Of a stretch of DNA of 64,000 bases, positions 9,941 through 20,558 are shown one piece after another. Position numbers and translations under genes: made by a program. The DNA comes from an uncultured bacterium (GTDB lineage: Bacteria; Patescibacteriota; CPR2; UBA1875; CAIMLA01): NCBI GenBank assembly GCA_903842085.1, contig CAIMLA010000050.1, positions 5,133 through 69,132 of the forward strand, read 5' to 3'. The stretch's first letter is position 1; each line of letters opens with the position of its first letter. The notes below the pieces were generated by a model. It did no database searches and was not told the DNA's origin. It worked only from the letters and a program-made list of their open reading frames with translations.

Positions 9941-11092
9941 CTATTTTTCAAAATTATGCAAAAACTCTTCTTTAAATTTTTTAAATCTTTTCTCTCGAAT
10001 GGCCACTCTAACCTGCTCCATAAGCTTCATCAAAAATCTTAGGTTATGCAAGGTAGTTAATCTAATCCCTAATATTTCCTTCTCCCGGATCAAATGCGAA
10101 ATATAGGCCCGGGAAAATTGTTGACAAGCAGAGCAATCACACTCCAACTCAATTGGCTTAAAATCAGATGAATACTTGGCGTTATTAAGATTTAATCGAC
10201 CAAGCTTAGTCCAGACTGTTCCATTCCTAGCAATCCTAGTGGCCAAGACACAATCGAACATATCGATACCTCTCTCAACCCCCTCCAGCAGATCTTCAGG
10301 CGAGCCAACGCCCATCAAATATCTTGGCTTTTCCCTTGGTAAAGACGGTTCTATCAGATCAAGCGTCCGATGCATATCAATTTTTTCTTCACCAACAGAT
10401 AGACCGCCAATCGCGATCCCATCAAAGGGCAGGCTGCTGATGTATTTAGCCGATTCTAACCTGAGCTTGTCAAAAATTACACCCTGAATAATTCCGAATA
10501 GTGCTTGATAATGGCCGTATTCGGATAATCTTCCTTGTTTTTCATGGAAACTTAAGGCTTGTTTTGCCCAGCCGTGGGTCCTCTCCATTGCCCTTTGAGC
10601 ATATTCAAAAGTTGAATCATGGGGAGCACATTCATCGAAGCACATTATTATGTCGGCACCGATCGTTTCCTGCATTTTTATAACACCTTCAGGGGTGAAT
10701 AAATGCTTTGTCCCATCTAAGTGAGATCGAAATTCGACCCCGTCGTCTTTTATTTTTACTAAATTGTGATCGCCTTTATTCCCCTTACCTAAAGAAAATA
10801 CCTGAAATCCGCCTGAATCAGTCAGAATCGGTTTTTCCCAGGACATGAAATTATGGATCCCTTTGGCTTGCCTTATAATCTCAAGACCTGGTCTTAAGTA
10901 GAGGTGGTAGTTGTTCGCTAGTATTATCTGTACTTTAAGTTCGGCTAATTCTGCAGGTGAAACCGTTTTAACTGAACCCAAAGTTCCAACTGGCATAAAG
11001 ACAGGAGTGTCTATTTTTCCATGAGGGGTGGTGATTTGACCAACCCGGGCCTTGCCCTCTTCGGCTTCAATAGTAAAGGTAAATTTGTCCAT
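9941..11092 (-). CDS. tgt: tRNA-guanine transglycosylase
   Basis: TPVFMPVGT, LTDSGGFQVFSL, GGLSVGE, DMFDCV, CxCxxC...H zinc site. Confidence 0.97.
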   Translation of the reverse strand: MDKFTFTIEAEEGKARVGQITTPHGKIDTPVFMPVGTLGSVKTVSPAELAELKVQIILANNYHLYLRPGLEIIRQAKGIHNFMSWEKPILTDSGGFQVFSLGKGNKGDHNLVKIKDDGVEFRSHLDGTKHLFTPEGVIKMQETIGADIIMCFDECAPHDSTFEYAQRAMERTHGWAKQALSFHEKQGRLSEYGHYQALFGIIQGVIFDKLRLESAKYISSLPFDGIAIGGLSVGEEKIDMHRTLDLIEPSLPREKPRYLMGVGSPEDLLEGVERGIDMFDCVLATRIARNGTVWTKLGRLNLNNAKYSSDFKPIELECDCSACQQFSRAYISHLIREKEILGIRLTTLHNLRFLMKLMEQVRVAIREKRFKKFKEEFLHNFEK

Positions 11093-11131
11093 TGGTTTTT
11101 ATTATATGTAATAACACTTCGTTTTTATATA

Positions 11132-11161
11132 ACAAAAGAGGTCGTTTCCAACCTCTTTTGT
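11132..11161 (-). terminator. Intrinsic terminator after rplL
   Basis: Inverted repeat ACAAAAGAGGT / ACCTCTTTTGT. Confidence 0.75.
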
Positions 11162-11180
11162 AACTAATATATTCTTTAGC

Positions 11181-11741
11181 TTATTGTAGCTCAACCGTTG
11201 CTCCAGCAGCAACCAATTTTTCTTTAGCTGTCTCAGCTTCTTCCTTTTTTACGTTTTCCTTCACGGCGATGGGCGCTCCTTCAGCCATATCTTTCGCTTC
11301 TTTAAGCCCTAAATCAGGCAATACTTCGCGGATTGCCTTAATTACACCAATTTTATTACTACCTGCAGAAGTAAGAACTACATTGAAAAAACTTTTTTCT
11401 TCCTCGCTAGAATCAGGACCGGCAGCAGAAGCAACTCCTGCAGCAGCAACTGGCGCAGCCGCGCTGACACCGAATCGATCTTCTAGGGTTTTGACTAGGT
11501 CTGAAAGCTCAATCACGCTCAAGTCTTCGATCTGCTTAATAAGATCCTTAAATTTACCAGTTGGGGCTGGCTTTTCTTCTGATTTTACTTCCTTGGCCGT
11601 TTCTTTAATTTCCTCAACCGCGACCTCTATTTTTTCGACCGCTTCGATTACTTCTGTGGCTTCTTCTTTTGCTTCTTCAACTGCCTCAGAGGCTTTTTCT
11701 ACTTCTTCTTTTATTTCGTCTTTTTTTTCTTCGTCAGCCAT
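11181..11741 (-). CDS. rplL: 50S ribosomal protein L7/L12 with long acidic N-terminal extension
   Basis: [10 protein letters not shown] hinge, [24 protein letters not shown]; follows rplJ. Confidence 0.96.
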   Translation of the reverse strand: MADEEKKDEIKEEVEKASEAVEEAKEEATEVIEAVEKIEVAVEEIKETAKEVKSEEKPAPTGKFKDLIKQIEDLSVIELSDLVKTLEDRFGVSAAAPVAAAGVASAAGPDSSEEEKSFFNVVLTSAGSNKIGVIKAIREVLPDLGLKEAKDMAEGAPIAVKENVKKEEAETAKEKLVAAGATVELQ

Positions 11742-11787
11742 ATTTCTCCTTCTAAACAGTTAATCCATTGACGCTGGTTTAACTTAA

Positions 11788-12321
11788 TTAATTAATTACA
11801 CACCTTTTTTCTTTATAAGCATTTAAAACGTTTATTAAGCCACGAGTATTACCCGACATGACATTTAGTAATCCAGACATCGGCGCCGCTAAAGAGCCGA
11901 CTATTCTCGAATACAGCTCTTCTCGGCCAGGGATTTGGGCCAGGGATTTGACCGAAAAGGCATTTATTTCAGCGCCTTCGAGAATGCCTCCTAGAATCTC
12001 TAGCTTTTCATTTTTTTTACTAAAATCATAAGTAATTTTTGCGGGAGCAACCTCATCTATATAGCTAAAAGCTGCCGCAATCGGATGCCCATCAAGCGTT
12101 TTAGCTTCGATGTCTAAGCTTGATTCCTGAATGGCCAGTTTAAGCAAAGTATTTTTGATAATTTTGTATTCAATGTTCTGTTTTCTTAATTCGTCTCTCA
12201 CCGTATCGATATCTTCTACAGTTAAGCCTCGATAGTCAGTAAAAATCACGGACTTAGACTTCTCCAGTTTTATAACTAAATCATTTACTAATGATTCTTT
12301 TTTCTCTCTTGTAATGGCCAT
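11788..12321 (-). CDS. rplJ: 50S ribosomal protein L10
   Basis: DYRGLTV, KNTLLKLA; start set to ATG 12321 by AGGAG SD. Confidence 0.96.
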   Translation of the reverse strand: MAITREKKESLVNDLVIKLEKSKSVIFTDYRGLTVEDIDTVRDELRKQNIEYKIIKNTLLKLAIQESSLDIEAKTLDGHPIAAAFSYIDEVAPAKITYDFSKKNEKLEILGGILEGAEINAFSVKSLAQIPGREELYSRIVGSLAAPMSGLLNVMSGNTRGLINVLNAYKEKRCVIN

Positions 12322-12351
12322 GTTTCTCCTAAACAATAAATATTCTTTATC

Positions 12352-12445
12352 AAAAAATCTTCGGTTTCCCGAAGACAGCTAAAAACGAATTCAGCTCCTA
12401 GGTAGCGCATTAAGGCTTGGGCCTGCTACTGTCTCCGGATCTATT
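12352..12445 (-). promoter_or_regulatory. L10 leader (autogenous rplJ-rplL control) with attenuator hairpin
   Basis: Minus strand reads CCGGAGACAGTAGC...TTAAT..GCTACCTAGG, like the L10-leader core, then the hairpin TCTTCGG-GAAA-CCGAAGA plus a U-tract (12352-12376) ahead of rplJ. Confidence 0.75.
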
Positions 12446-12453
12446 GTTCCTAA

Positions 12454-12482
12454 ATCCTATCAAAAGTCACGGTCTTTGTCAA
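12454..12482 (-). promoter_or_regulatory. sigma70 promoter of rplJ-rplL
   Basis: TTGACA (12477-12482), 17 bp, TAGGAT (12454-12459) on the minus strand. Confidence 0.75.
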
Positions 12483-12613
12483 TTAAAATATTGTAATTTC
12501 GAGACGCTTTAATCTGGTTCTTAAAAATCTTGTCTTAGTGAAAGAAGATAATTATCAAGCCTGACCTTATCTAGTGTTCTTCTCCTCTGGGGATCTGCAT
12601 TTATTAGGGCTTA

Positions 12614-13123
12614 TTATTCAAAAAATGTAATATCGAGATTAGGCTTTTTGAGGAAACGAACTTTAATGTCCAACTCCTCAAAAAGTTTTTTAAATGAATC
12701 ATCACTATACTTTTCAAAAACAATAACTTCTTTTATCCCTGCGTTTGCGATCATCTTAGCACAAATATTACATGGAGTATGAGTGCAATACATCTTTGAA
12801 TTATTGAGGCTAATTCCCTTGCTCGAAGCTTGTATAATCGCATTTTGTTCAGCATGAATCGCTCGACAAATCTCATGCTTTTCACCGCTCTTTATCCCCA
12901 TTTCGTCTCTAAGACAACCTAATTCGAGACAATCTCGGGCTCCTCTTGCTGCGCCATTATAGCCAGTAGAAATTACAATTTTATCTTTAACTATAACGGC
13001 CCCAACACTATGTCTCCTACAAGTTGCTCTCTCTGATACGATTAAAGCCATCTTTAAAAAATAGCTATCGATATCTGGACGAGTCGTTTTTCTTTTGCGA
13101 TTGTTTGTTAAGTCGTGAGCCAT
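12614..13123 (-). CDS. dCMP deaminase (ComEB family)
   Basis: TGYNG, HAEQNAI and PCNIC zinc-deaminase motifs. Confidence 0.92.
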   Translation of the reverse strand: MAHDLTNNRKRKTTRPDIDSYFLKMALIVSERATCRRHSVGAVIVKDKIVISTGYNGAARGARDCLELGCLRDEMGIKSGEKHEICRAIHAEQNAIIQASSKGISLNNSKMYCTHTPCNICAKMIANAGIKEVIVFEKYSDDSFKKLFEELDIKVRFLKKPNLDITFFE

Positions 13124-13129
13124 TTTAAG

Positions 13130-15058
13130 CTACCTCGTAAAATAATAATTATAAAAATCAGCCGCCACTGGCACTGCATAGACGTCTCCTCCGCCCGCCC
13201 CTTCCAACAAGACTGTTAACACGACCTGGGGTTGACTGTAAGGCGCAAAAGAGGTAAACCAAGCATGTTGTTTTGAGTTATTAGGTCCGTATTGGGCCGT
13301 TCCAGTTTTACCCGCAATTTCACCGGGGAGATTCTTTAGCGCCGCCCCACTTCCACTAGTCACTGTTTGTCTCATCCCCGCTCGAACAATGGCAAGATTT
13401 TTTTCAGATATAATATTTTTATCTAGAGGTTCAGCCGGAACTTGACTTATCATTTTTCCATTTTGATCTAAGACAGAATCTGCTAATTTCGGCTTATAGA
13501 GGGTTCCTCCATTTGCAATCGCGCTTGTGGCATTTGCAATTTGGAGTGGTGTCACCAAGATATCACCTTGTCCAATGGCCATATGATAGGTATCCCCAAG
13601 ATACCATGGCTGGGCTTGAGTTCGTTCCTTCCACTCTGGGTCAGGAAGTGAGCCCTTGGCTTCGCCCAAGATATCAATTCCGGTGTATTTTGCAAAGCCA
13701 AATTTTTCCAGATAGGATTTCATTTTTTCTGGTCCTAAGCCTTTTATGTTTTGATAGCCGCCGCCAATTGCATAAAAAAACGTATTCACTGATTCAGCAA
13801 TGGCCTTCGTGACATTTGTCACACCGTGGCCACCCGCTTTCCAATCCGGAAAACTAAATTCACCAATCTTGATTCCTCCGGTCGAATTCACGGTACTACT
13901 TTCATTGATTGTCCCTTCTTCTAAGGCTGCTGCCGCTAAAAAAGGCTTAATCGATGAACCTGAAGGATATTCACCCCCAGTGGCTCTGAAGATTAAGGGC
14001 TGATCTTCATTTTTTAATAATAAATCATAGTCAGCATCACTGATTCCTTTTGCAAATAGGTTGTTATCATAACTAGGGAGTGAGACTAGAGCTAATATTT
14101 TGCCCGTATTCGGATCCATGGCGATAGCAGACGCTTTGCTAATCTTGGCAAGCTTCATCTGTTTCTGAAGGGCTTCAGTTAAAACTCTTTGTAAATTGAG
14201 ATCAATCGATAGTTTCACATTGTCCCCTGGTATTGGTTCAATTAATCCAAGCACTTTCTCATTCTGTCCCTCGGAATTTACTTCAATTCTTTCCTTGCCA
14301 TTAATGCCCTTTAACTGATTTTCGTACGTTTTCTCTATTCCTGACTTTCCGATAAAATCTGTCAATAAATAGTTTTTATTACCCTTAAGCTCTTCTTCTG
14401 AGATTCTGCCAACATAACCCAGTGCGTGGGAGAGCAAGCCTCCATCTAGGTATTCTCTGATCGGATTAACCTCGATCGAAATTCCTTTTAGCTCTTTTAT
14501 CTGAGAAGATATTATGATGGCCGTGTCTTTAGTCAGGTTTTTACTAATGAGCACCGGTTGGGTATATTGCGAGCCCTTTTCAATGATCTTTTTATTTATG
14601 TCTTCGACGCTACTATTCGTAATTTTAGCAAGATTTGAGATTACAAGATCCCGCTCTTTTTGTTCAGCAGGAAGGTTGCTTGGCGTAATGACGAGGTCGT
14701 AATTTGGCACATTCTTGACTAAAGGGGTCCCATTTTTATCATAAATGATTCCCCGAGGGGCTCTCACGATTCGTTCCTTGAGCCTATTAAGTTCCGCGCT
14801 ATTAAAGTTTGCTTTTCCCTTGACTATCTGAAGGTCGAAAAGCTTACCCGAAATTAAAATAAAAGTTAAAATGATAAATCCAAAAAAAATCAGAAAGTAA
14901 TAATTCTTCTTCTCATTCTCTATGTTAGGCGCATCGACATCGGCGGTTAAAACATGGTTAATCCATTTTTCTGATTCAGCGGTTTTGCTCGTTTGAATCT
15001 TCCATTTTTTCTCCCCTTCAAGCCCTATTAAATTTTTAAATATATTCTTTTTACTCAT
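13130..15058 (-). CDS. mrdA: Penicillin-binding protein 2
   Basis: PRGIIYD dimerisation domain, SxxK (GSSIK), SVN, KTGTAQ; after mreBCD. Confidence 0.95.
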   Translation of the reverse strand: MSKKNIFKNLIGLEGEKKWKIQTSKTAESEKWINHVLTADVDAPNIENEKKNYYFLIFFGFIILTFILISGKLFDLQIVKGKANFNSAELNRLKERIVRAPRGIIYDKNGTPLVKNVPNYDLVITPSNLPAEQKERDLVISNLAKITNSSVEDINKKIIEKGSQYTQPVLISKNLTKDTAIIISSQIKELKGISIEVNPIREYLDGGLLSHALGYVGRISEEELKGNKNYLLTDFIGKSGIEKTYENQLKGINGKERIEVNSEGQNEKVLGLIEPIPGDNVKLSIDLNLQRVLTEALQKQMKLAKISKASAIAMDPNTGKILALVSLPSYDNNLFAKGISDADYDLLLKNEDQPLIFRATGGEYPSGSSIKPFLAAAALEEGTINESSTVNSTGGIKIGEFSFPDWKAGGHGVTNVTKAIAESVNTFFYAIGGGYQNIKGLGPEKMKSYLEKFGFAKYTGIDILGEAKGSLPDPEWKERTQAQPWYLGDTYHMAIGQGDILVTPLQIANATSAIANGGTLYKPKLADSVLDQNGKMISQVPAEPLDKNIISEKNLAIVRAGMRQTVTSGSGAALKNLPGEIAGKTGTAQYGPNNSKQHAWFTSFAPYSQPQVVLTVLLEGAGGGDVYAVPVAADFYNYYFTR

Positions 15059-15546
15059 TTATCCATTTTTTCTTCTAACCATAAAAAATACTTCTCTAAA
15101 ACCCGATCAATTATAACAGCAAAGGTCAAAGATAATAAAATGCAAATAAGATACGAGAATAAATAGGTTTGCCAAGAATCCCAATTATTAATCAGTATCC
15201 TCGTCTTAAATAAATAAACGATTGTAATTGAAATTGTGACAAGACCAAGAAAAGTGAATTTATTTGAGTAATTACTTTTACGATAAAAAAAGAAACGATC
15301 AACCAAGGTAATCGCTATAAATAGAATTGTATAAAATGGATAACTATTATTTGAGGCGAAATCAAATAACATGCCTGCGAGGGTTGCTATAATTGGAATA
15401 AAATTATTCCGGCTTTTTAAAGATAGGTCGATAAGAAAAGGCAGAAACAGAAAAGGGGTGACCTCGAATATAACAAAATAGGGCATAAAAGAAAGTTCTA
15501 GAAAAACCAAAGCCATCGATATTAAAAAAGTCACAAGAAATGGCAT
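15055..15546 (-). CDS. mreD: Rod shape-determining protein MreD (divergent)
   Basis: Hydrophobic 163 aa with AGMLFD motif, between mreC and mrdA. Confidence 0.7.
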   Translation of the reverse strand: MPFLVTFLISMALVFLELSFMPYFVIFEVTPFLFLPFLIDLSLKSRNNFIPIIATLAGMLFDFASNNSYPFYTILFIAITLVDRFFFYRKSNYSNKFTFLGLVTISITIVYLFKTRILINNWDSWQTYLFSYLICILLSLTFAVIIDRVLEKYFLWLEEKMDK

Positions 15547-16337
15547 TAGCTCCTCTTTATTACCATGACATTATCTAATGTATTAAAGTCTAAGAAGGGT
15601 TGGATATCTATGGCTTGAAAGATTGACCCAGATATCTGTTGGACGTTTTCAACCTCCCCGATTAGTAAGCCTTTGGGGAAAGTTCCTCCAAGACCACTAG
15701 TTGAGACAATATCTCCTTTTATCACCTTTTCATTTTGGGGAACTTGGTCCATAGAGAGACCATTCCCAATTTTGCCTTTTGTCGTCCCTGAGATATTCTT
15801 GTTTACAACTGTGGCCGCGATCGTACTCTCAGGATCGGTAATCAATATTACTTTGGCTGTTTTTGTTTCAACGACATTTACTCGACCAACTAGATAGCCG
15901 CTTGCCACAACAATGTCGCCAAGCTTAACTCCATCGTCTGTACCGACCCCAATTACAACTGAACTGGTAATATTTGAAGGGTCGAAATAAACAACCTTTG
16001 TCCCGATCAGATTATATTGAGAGGCTTTTTTAAAGTTAAGATCGTTTCGTAATTGGTTGTTTTCTTTTTGTAACGAATCTAGCTTGCTTACTTCATTAAG
16101 GGCGACGTCTAATTTGTTTTGGAGGCTTTTATTATCCTTCTGCAGACTTCCAACGTTAATAATATTTCTAAAGAATCCCGAGACACCTGAGCCTAGGTCC
16201 GTAAAGACCGTCCCCACTGGCTTAGTATAAGACAAGACACTTCTAGTGATGCCGAATCTCCCCACATTATCAATCGTCACAAATGCTAGCAAGATCACCA
16301 CAATAATAATAAATGTGAATGACTTCTTTCTCTTCAT
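15546..16337 (-). CDS. mreC: Rod shape-determining protein MreC
   Basis: TM plus coiled coil (ENNQLR), LVGRV, TSGLGGTFPKGLLIG. Confidence 0.94.
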   Translation of the reverse strand: MKRKKSFTFIIIVVILLAFVTIDNVGRFGITRSVLSYTKPVGTVFTDLGSGVSGFFRNIINVGSLQKDNKSLQNKLDVALNEVSKLDSLQKENNQLRNDLNFKKASQYNLIGTKVVYFDPSNITSSVVIGVGTDDGVKLGDIVVASGYLVGRVNVVETKTAKVILITDPESTIAATVVNKNISGTTKGKIGNGLSMDQVPQNEKVIKGDIVSTSGLGGTFPKGLLIGEVENVQQISGSIFQAIDIQPFLDFNTLDNVMVIKRS

Positions 16338-17396
16338 CTAGCCTACTTTTGGCGATTTTTCATATTGAGTTGTAACTAAAACTTCCTTTAGAACATCAAT
16401 ATCTTCTAAGACCAAACCGGCGCCCCTGACCACACAGGTTAAAGGATCTTCAGCTATCTGGACAGGCATTTTTGTATTAACGCTAATCAATTTATCAAGA
16501 CCCCTTAAGAGGGCTCCACCGCCAGCTAAAATAATCCCTTTGTCCATGATATCAGCGACCAACTCGGGTGGAGTTTCTTCGATCGTCATCTTCACTGAAT
16601 CAACAATTTCCATTATTGAACGAGACAAAGCTTGTCTGACTTGATCGCTATCAACGGTGATTGCTTTAGGCAGCCCTGTCACTAAATCGCGACCTCTCAT
16701 AATCGATTCCAGGCGGTCCTTCATCGGATAGGCTGAACCAATGTCAATTTTGATATCTTCAGCGGTTCTCTCGCCCAGCAAAAGATTATATTCGTCCTTT
16801 GCAAACTGAATGATATCTTCATTCAGTTCATCTCCGGCAATTCTCATGGACCGAGATGCAACAATCCCACCAAGTGAAATAACGGCCACTTCTGTTGTGC
16901 CTCCGCCGATATCAACAATCATCGACCCAGAAGCATTTTGGACCGGCAGTCTCGCCCCTATGGCCGCGGCCATTGGCTCTTCAATCAGATACGCTTTTCT
17001 AGCGCCAGCATTAGTTGTGGCATCTTCGACGGCTCTTTTTTCCACCTCCGTCACACCAGATGGAATCCCGATTACGACTCTAGGACGTGGTAAAATCGAG
17101 AATTTTTCTTTGTGTACTTTTTCAATAAAATATTTCAACATCTGTTCCGTTACTTCAAAATCACTAACCACACCATCGACGAGTGGTCTTCTAGCGACAA
17201 TGTTGGCCGGTGTTTTGCCAACCATCTTCTTTGCGTCTTCGCCTATGGCCAGGATTTGCTTAGTTTTTGTGTTCAGAGCAACGACTGAGGGTTCATTTAT
17301 AACAATGCCTCTTCCTTTAACATAGACAAGGGTATTTGCTGTCCCTAGATCAATCCCGATATCATGAGAAAAGTATCCAAATATCTTATTTAACAT
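16338..17396 (-). CDS. mreB: Rod shape-determining protein MreB
   Basis: IGIDLGTANT, EPMAAAIGA, DIGGGTT, GGGALL. Confidence 0.98.
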   Translation of the reverse strand: MLNKIFGYFSHDIGIDLGTANTLVYVKGRGIVINEPSVVALNTKTKQILAIGEDAKKMVGKTPANIVARRPLVDGVVSDFEVTEQMLKYFIEKVHKEKFSILPRPRVVIGIPSGVTEVEKRAVEDATTNAGARKAYLIEEPMAAAIGARLPVQNASGSMIVDIGGGTTEVAVISLGGIVASRSMRIAGDELNEDIIQFAKDEYNLLLGERTAEDIKIDIGSAYPMKDRLESIMRGRDLVTGLPKAITVDSDQVRQALSRSIMEIVDSVKMTIEETPPELVADIMDKGIILAGGGALLRGLDKLISVNTKMPVQIAEDPLTCVVRGAGLVLEDIDVLKEVLVTTQYEKSPKVG

Positions 17397-18645
17397 CTAC
17401 TATTTCCTTTATTCTAGTTAAGATATTATCATATTGAATCATTTCGCTATTGTCACGAGCTCGTTCTTTTAACTCAATGGCCTTACTTTCTAGGGTTTTA
17501 TTACTAATAATGAGTCTAATTGGAATGCCGATTAAATCCGCATCAGTTAGCTTGACGCCGTTGCTCTCGCTTCGATCATCCCAGATAACCTCAATCTTCT
17601 TTTTCATTAACTTCTCATAAAGACGCTTCGTCTCAGTCAAAACTTCCCTGTTATCCCCCATATTTATCAGATGAACTTTAAAGGGAGCAATTTCGATTGG
17701 CCAAATAAGGCCATCCTTATCATGAGAGACCTCAACGATGGCCCCCATTAATCTCCCTAGCCCAATTCCGTAGCAACCCATTAGGATAGGCTTATCTTCA
17801 CCTAGTCGGTCTCTATAAGTCAGCCCAAAAGGGGCAGAAAATTTAGACATCAATTTAAATATATTTCCAACCTCAATGGCCTTTATTTCCGTCAGTTTCG
17901 GGTTACCGCATTCTGGGCAGGTGCTTTGCTCGTTAATAATTTCCTTATTTACCGCCACCTTACATTTTTTACATAGATAGATTAAATCCTCTCCTGAATC
18001 AGACTCAGTTTGAAATTCATGTGAATATTTTGAGAAACTTCCACCAGAAGCGAAGGTTTTATAGGTTTTGCTTCCGATCCCAACCTTATTAAAAATGTTC
18101 TTATAGGCGTTTGAGGCCTTCTCGTAGTAGTCGTCTAGGTCTTCTTTACTTGAGTGAAAAGAATATAGATCCTTCATTATAAATTCTCGACCACGCAGTA
18201 AGCCTCCCTTAGCTCGTTTTTCGTCTCTAAACTTATTTTGAATTTGGTAGAGATACTTTGGCAAGTCCTTATAGGAAAAAATAAATTTTTTTGCTAAGGG
18301 CACGACTACTTCTTCATGAGTTGGCCCTAAAACTAAGTCAGTCTTACTGTAATAGCTGGTAAATTTATACAAATTATCTTCCGTCTCCCAACGACCAGTT
18401 TTCTGCCAATTTTCCTTGGGCTGTAAAACCGGCATTAATATTTCTTGACCTTGGATCTTATTTATTTCATCTCTGATTACAGAAGATATTTTTTCAATCG
18501 TTTTTAATCCTAGTGGCAAGTATGTATAGACACCCGAGGCAAGTTGATCGATATAGCTTCCCCGTATCAATAAGTCAGCATTTATACTATCCGCTTCTTT
18601 TACTTTTTCTCGACGAGTTTTTATTAAGCTTTCTGAAAATTTCAT
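17386..18645 (-). CDS. proS: Proline--tRNA ligase (short form, no INS editing domain)
   Basis: LGPTHEE, FRDEKRAKGGLLRGREFIMKD, EVGNIFKL, MGCYGIG, anticodon-binding domain. Confidence 0.95.
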   Translation of the reverse strand: MKFSESLIKTRREKVKEADSINADLLIRGSYIDQLASGVYTYLPLGLKTIEKISSVIRDEINKIQGQEILMPVLQPKENWQKTGRWETEDNLYKFTSYYSKTDLVLGPTHEEVVVPLAKKFIFSYKDLPKYLYQIQNKFRDEKRAKGGLLRGREFIMKDLYSFHSSKEDLDDYYEKASNAYKNIFNKVGIGSKTYKTFASGGSFSKYSHEFQTESDSGEDLIYLCKKCKVAVNKEIINEQSTCPECGNPKLTEIKAIEVGNIFKLMSKFSAPFGLTYRDRLGEDKPILMGCYGIGLGRLMGAIVEVSHDKDGLIWPIEIAPFKVHLINMGDNREVLTETKRLYEKLMKKKIEVIWDDRSESNGVKLTDADLIGIPIRLIISNKTLESKAIELKERARDNSEMIQYDNILTRIKEIVDVK

Positions 18646-18646
18646 A

Positions 18647-19858
18647 TTACTTCCCCACTAATTTTAAAATATATTGCCAGACTTCAAAAGTGAAGAAATC
18701 TCTAAAAGTAACAATTATCATGAGCGACATTAAGGCGACAAAACCCACCAGGTTCACGATGCTTTTAAGCTTTAGGGATATCTTTTTTCTTGTTAGAAGC
18801 TCAATCAGGGTAAAGGCGATGAAGCCTCCGTCCAGCGCTGGGATGGGTAAGATATTGAATAAAGCGACACTGATACTCAAGATGATTGCAAATTGGATTA
18901 TCGCTTCTACTCCAAGATGGGAGAAATAATCAGTAACCACAACTAGTCCGATTGGACCAACCATATTCTCTGACAGTTTAAATTGGGTAAATATCTTACT
19001 AAAGAAATCATATATTCCGATAATCGTATATTTAGCGATACCGACCTCTGAGACAATAGCTGCCTTGATTGAGGTAAAAACGTTGCCTTTTAGTTCACCG
19101 GTCGTTTCAGGAATAATCCCAATCCTATTTACTTCTACTTCTTTTTTGTTAGCTATCTGAACCTTCGATTTGTAGGTCGTCAAACTTTTGTTTAAAGTTT
19201 CGTTACCTCGTAATATTTCCAAATCTACTTTTGCTCCACTTGCTCCAATTTTAGAACGAATTTGAGTTATCAACTCGTCAGAAAAATAAACACTTTGTCC
19301 ATCAACTTTCTTGATAATGTCACCGCTTTTAATTCCTTCCGTTTCTGCTGGGGTGTTTTTCTCGACTTCAGCCACCATGACTGAGACAGTACTTTTAATC
19401 CCGTCACTCCCGTCTACGCTTGGAAAGATTTTACGACTATAATCGCCTAATTCTATCGGTTTGAAACCAATTAGGAATAGAAAATATAACATGATAAAAG
19501 CCGTTAATAAGTTCATGATGACCCCAGCAGAAAATATCAATAACAAAGTCGCTGCGTTTTGATCATATAATTTCTTTGATGATTTAGTTTTATTCTTAGT
19601 GTGTTCCTTTTCAATAATGATCGTCTCAACTTCTTCTGTTTCTTCGTCGTCTCCTTCGAGCTTTACATAGCCCCCAAAGGGAATAAGATTTATTTTATAC
19701 TCTGTATCGCCGATCTTTTTTGACCATAATTTAAAAAAGAAACCAAAAGCAAAGACCTTTACGCCAACTTTTGCATATTTTGCCGCTAAGAAGTGGCCGA
19801 GTTCATGAAAAAAAACGATCAAACCAAATACTAAAATAAATGTAATTGCGGTAATCAA
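18647..19858 (-). CDS. rseP: RIP metalloprotease RseP
   Basis: HELGH, PFGGYV, PDZ domain, NILPIPALDGG. Confidence 0.95.
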   Translation of the reverse strand: MITAITFILVFGLIVFFHELGHFLAAKYAKVGVKVFAFGFFFKLWSKKIGDTEYKINLIPFGGYVKLEGDDEETEEVETIIIEKEHTKNKTKSSKKLYDQNAATLLLIFSAGVIMNLLTAFIMLYFLFLIGFKPIELGDYSRKIFPSVDGSDGIKSTVSVMVAEVEKNTPAETEGIKSGDIIKKVDGQSVYFSDELITQIRSKIGASGAKVDLEILRGNETLNKSLTTYKSKVQIANKKEVEVNRIGIIPETTGELKGNVFTSIKAAIVSEVGIAKYTIIGIYDFFSKIFTQFKLSENMVGPIGLVVVTDYFSHLGVEAIIQFAIILSISVALFNILPIPALDGGFIAFTLIELLTRKKISLKLKSIVNLVGFVALMSLMIIVTFRDFFTFEVWQYILKLVGK

Positions 19859-20554
19859 TTATGCTCCAAAGTTTCTATTAATATTTTTATACCAAGATAT
19901 CGCTTTGTCTAGGTCTGCTTCCTCAAATTCTGGCCAATATTTTTCGGTAAAATATAGCTCCGAGTAAGCTGATTGCCAAAGTAAAAAATTTGAAAGTCTA
20001 TGTTGACCTCCACAGCGGATAATTAAGTTCGGATCAGGCAACCCCGCCGTATCAAGATTTTTTTCAATTGTCGCTTCGCAAATATCTTCTTTTCCTATAT
20101 CACTCTCTATAATTTTCTTTATTGATTCGACGATCTCATTTCTGCCACCATAAGACAAGGCGACATTAAAAAAACCTTCTTTATTATTTTTGGTCAAATT
20201 TTCTGTCTTGATAATTATTTGTTGTAAATTTTTCCCTAAGTCTTCGGTCTTACCGATGGCTCTGAATTTTATGCCTTCGTCGTGAAGTGTTTTGGCGTCT
20301 TTTTTAAGGCCAAATTGTAATATTTTCATGATACTATCAATCTCTTTATTATCTCTTTTCCAATTTTCTGTTGAAAACGCATAAACAGTTAAGTACTTTA
20401 TGCCTTTACTTTTAAATAATTTAACCGTCTCTATGATTCTTCTATATCCTGCCCGATGACCATATTCTGAATTTTTTCCTATATTCTTTGCCCAACGTCT
20501 GTTACCATCCATTATTATACCAATATGTAGAGGCAGATCGTTAGTATTGCTCAT
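19859..20554 (-). CDS. uppS: Undecaprenyl diphosphate synthase
   Basis: IIMDGNRRWA, YAFSTENW, YGGR, RLSNFLLWQ. Confidence 0.97.
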   Translation of the reverse strand: MSNTNDLPLHIGIIMDGNRRWAKNIGKNSEYGHRAGYRRIIETVKLFKSKGIKYLTVYAFSTENWKRDNKEIDSIMKILQFGLKKDAKTLHDEGIKFRAIGKTEDLGKNLQQIIIKTENLTKNNKEGFFNVALSYGGRNEIVESIKKIIESDIGKEDICEATIEKNLDTAGLPDPNLIIRCGGQHRLSNFLLWQSAYSELYFTEKYWPEFEEADLDKAISWYKNINRNFGA

Positions 20555-20558
20555 ATGT

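Noticed and set aside
11269-11763. Long antisense ORFs (e.g. 11269-11763, 16810-17325, 21842-22366, 38857-39408, 48607-49233, all +)
   Set aside because: Shadow frames opposite well-conserved genes, with Ser/Thr/Ile-rich composition and no motifs
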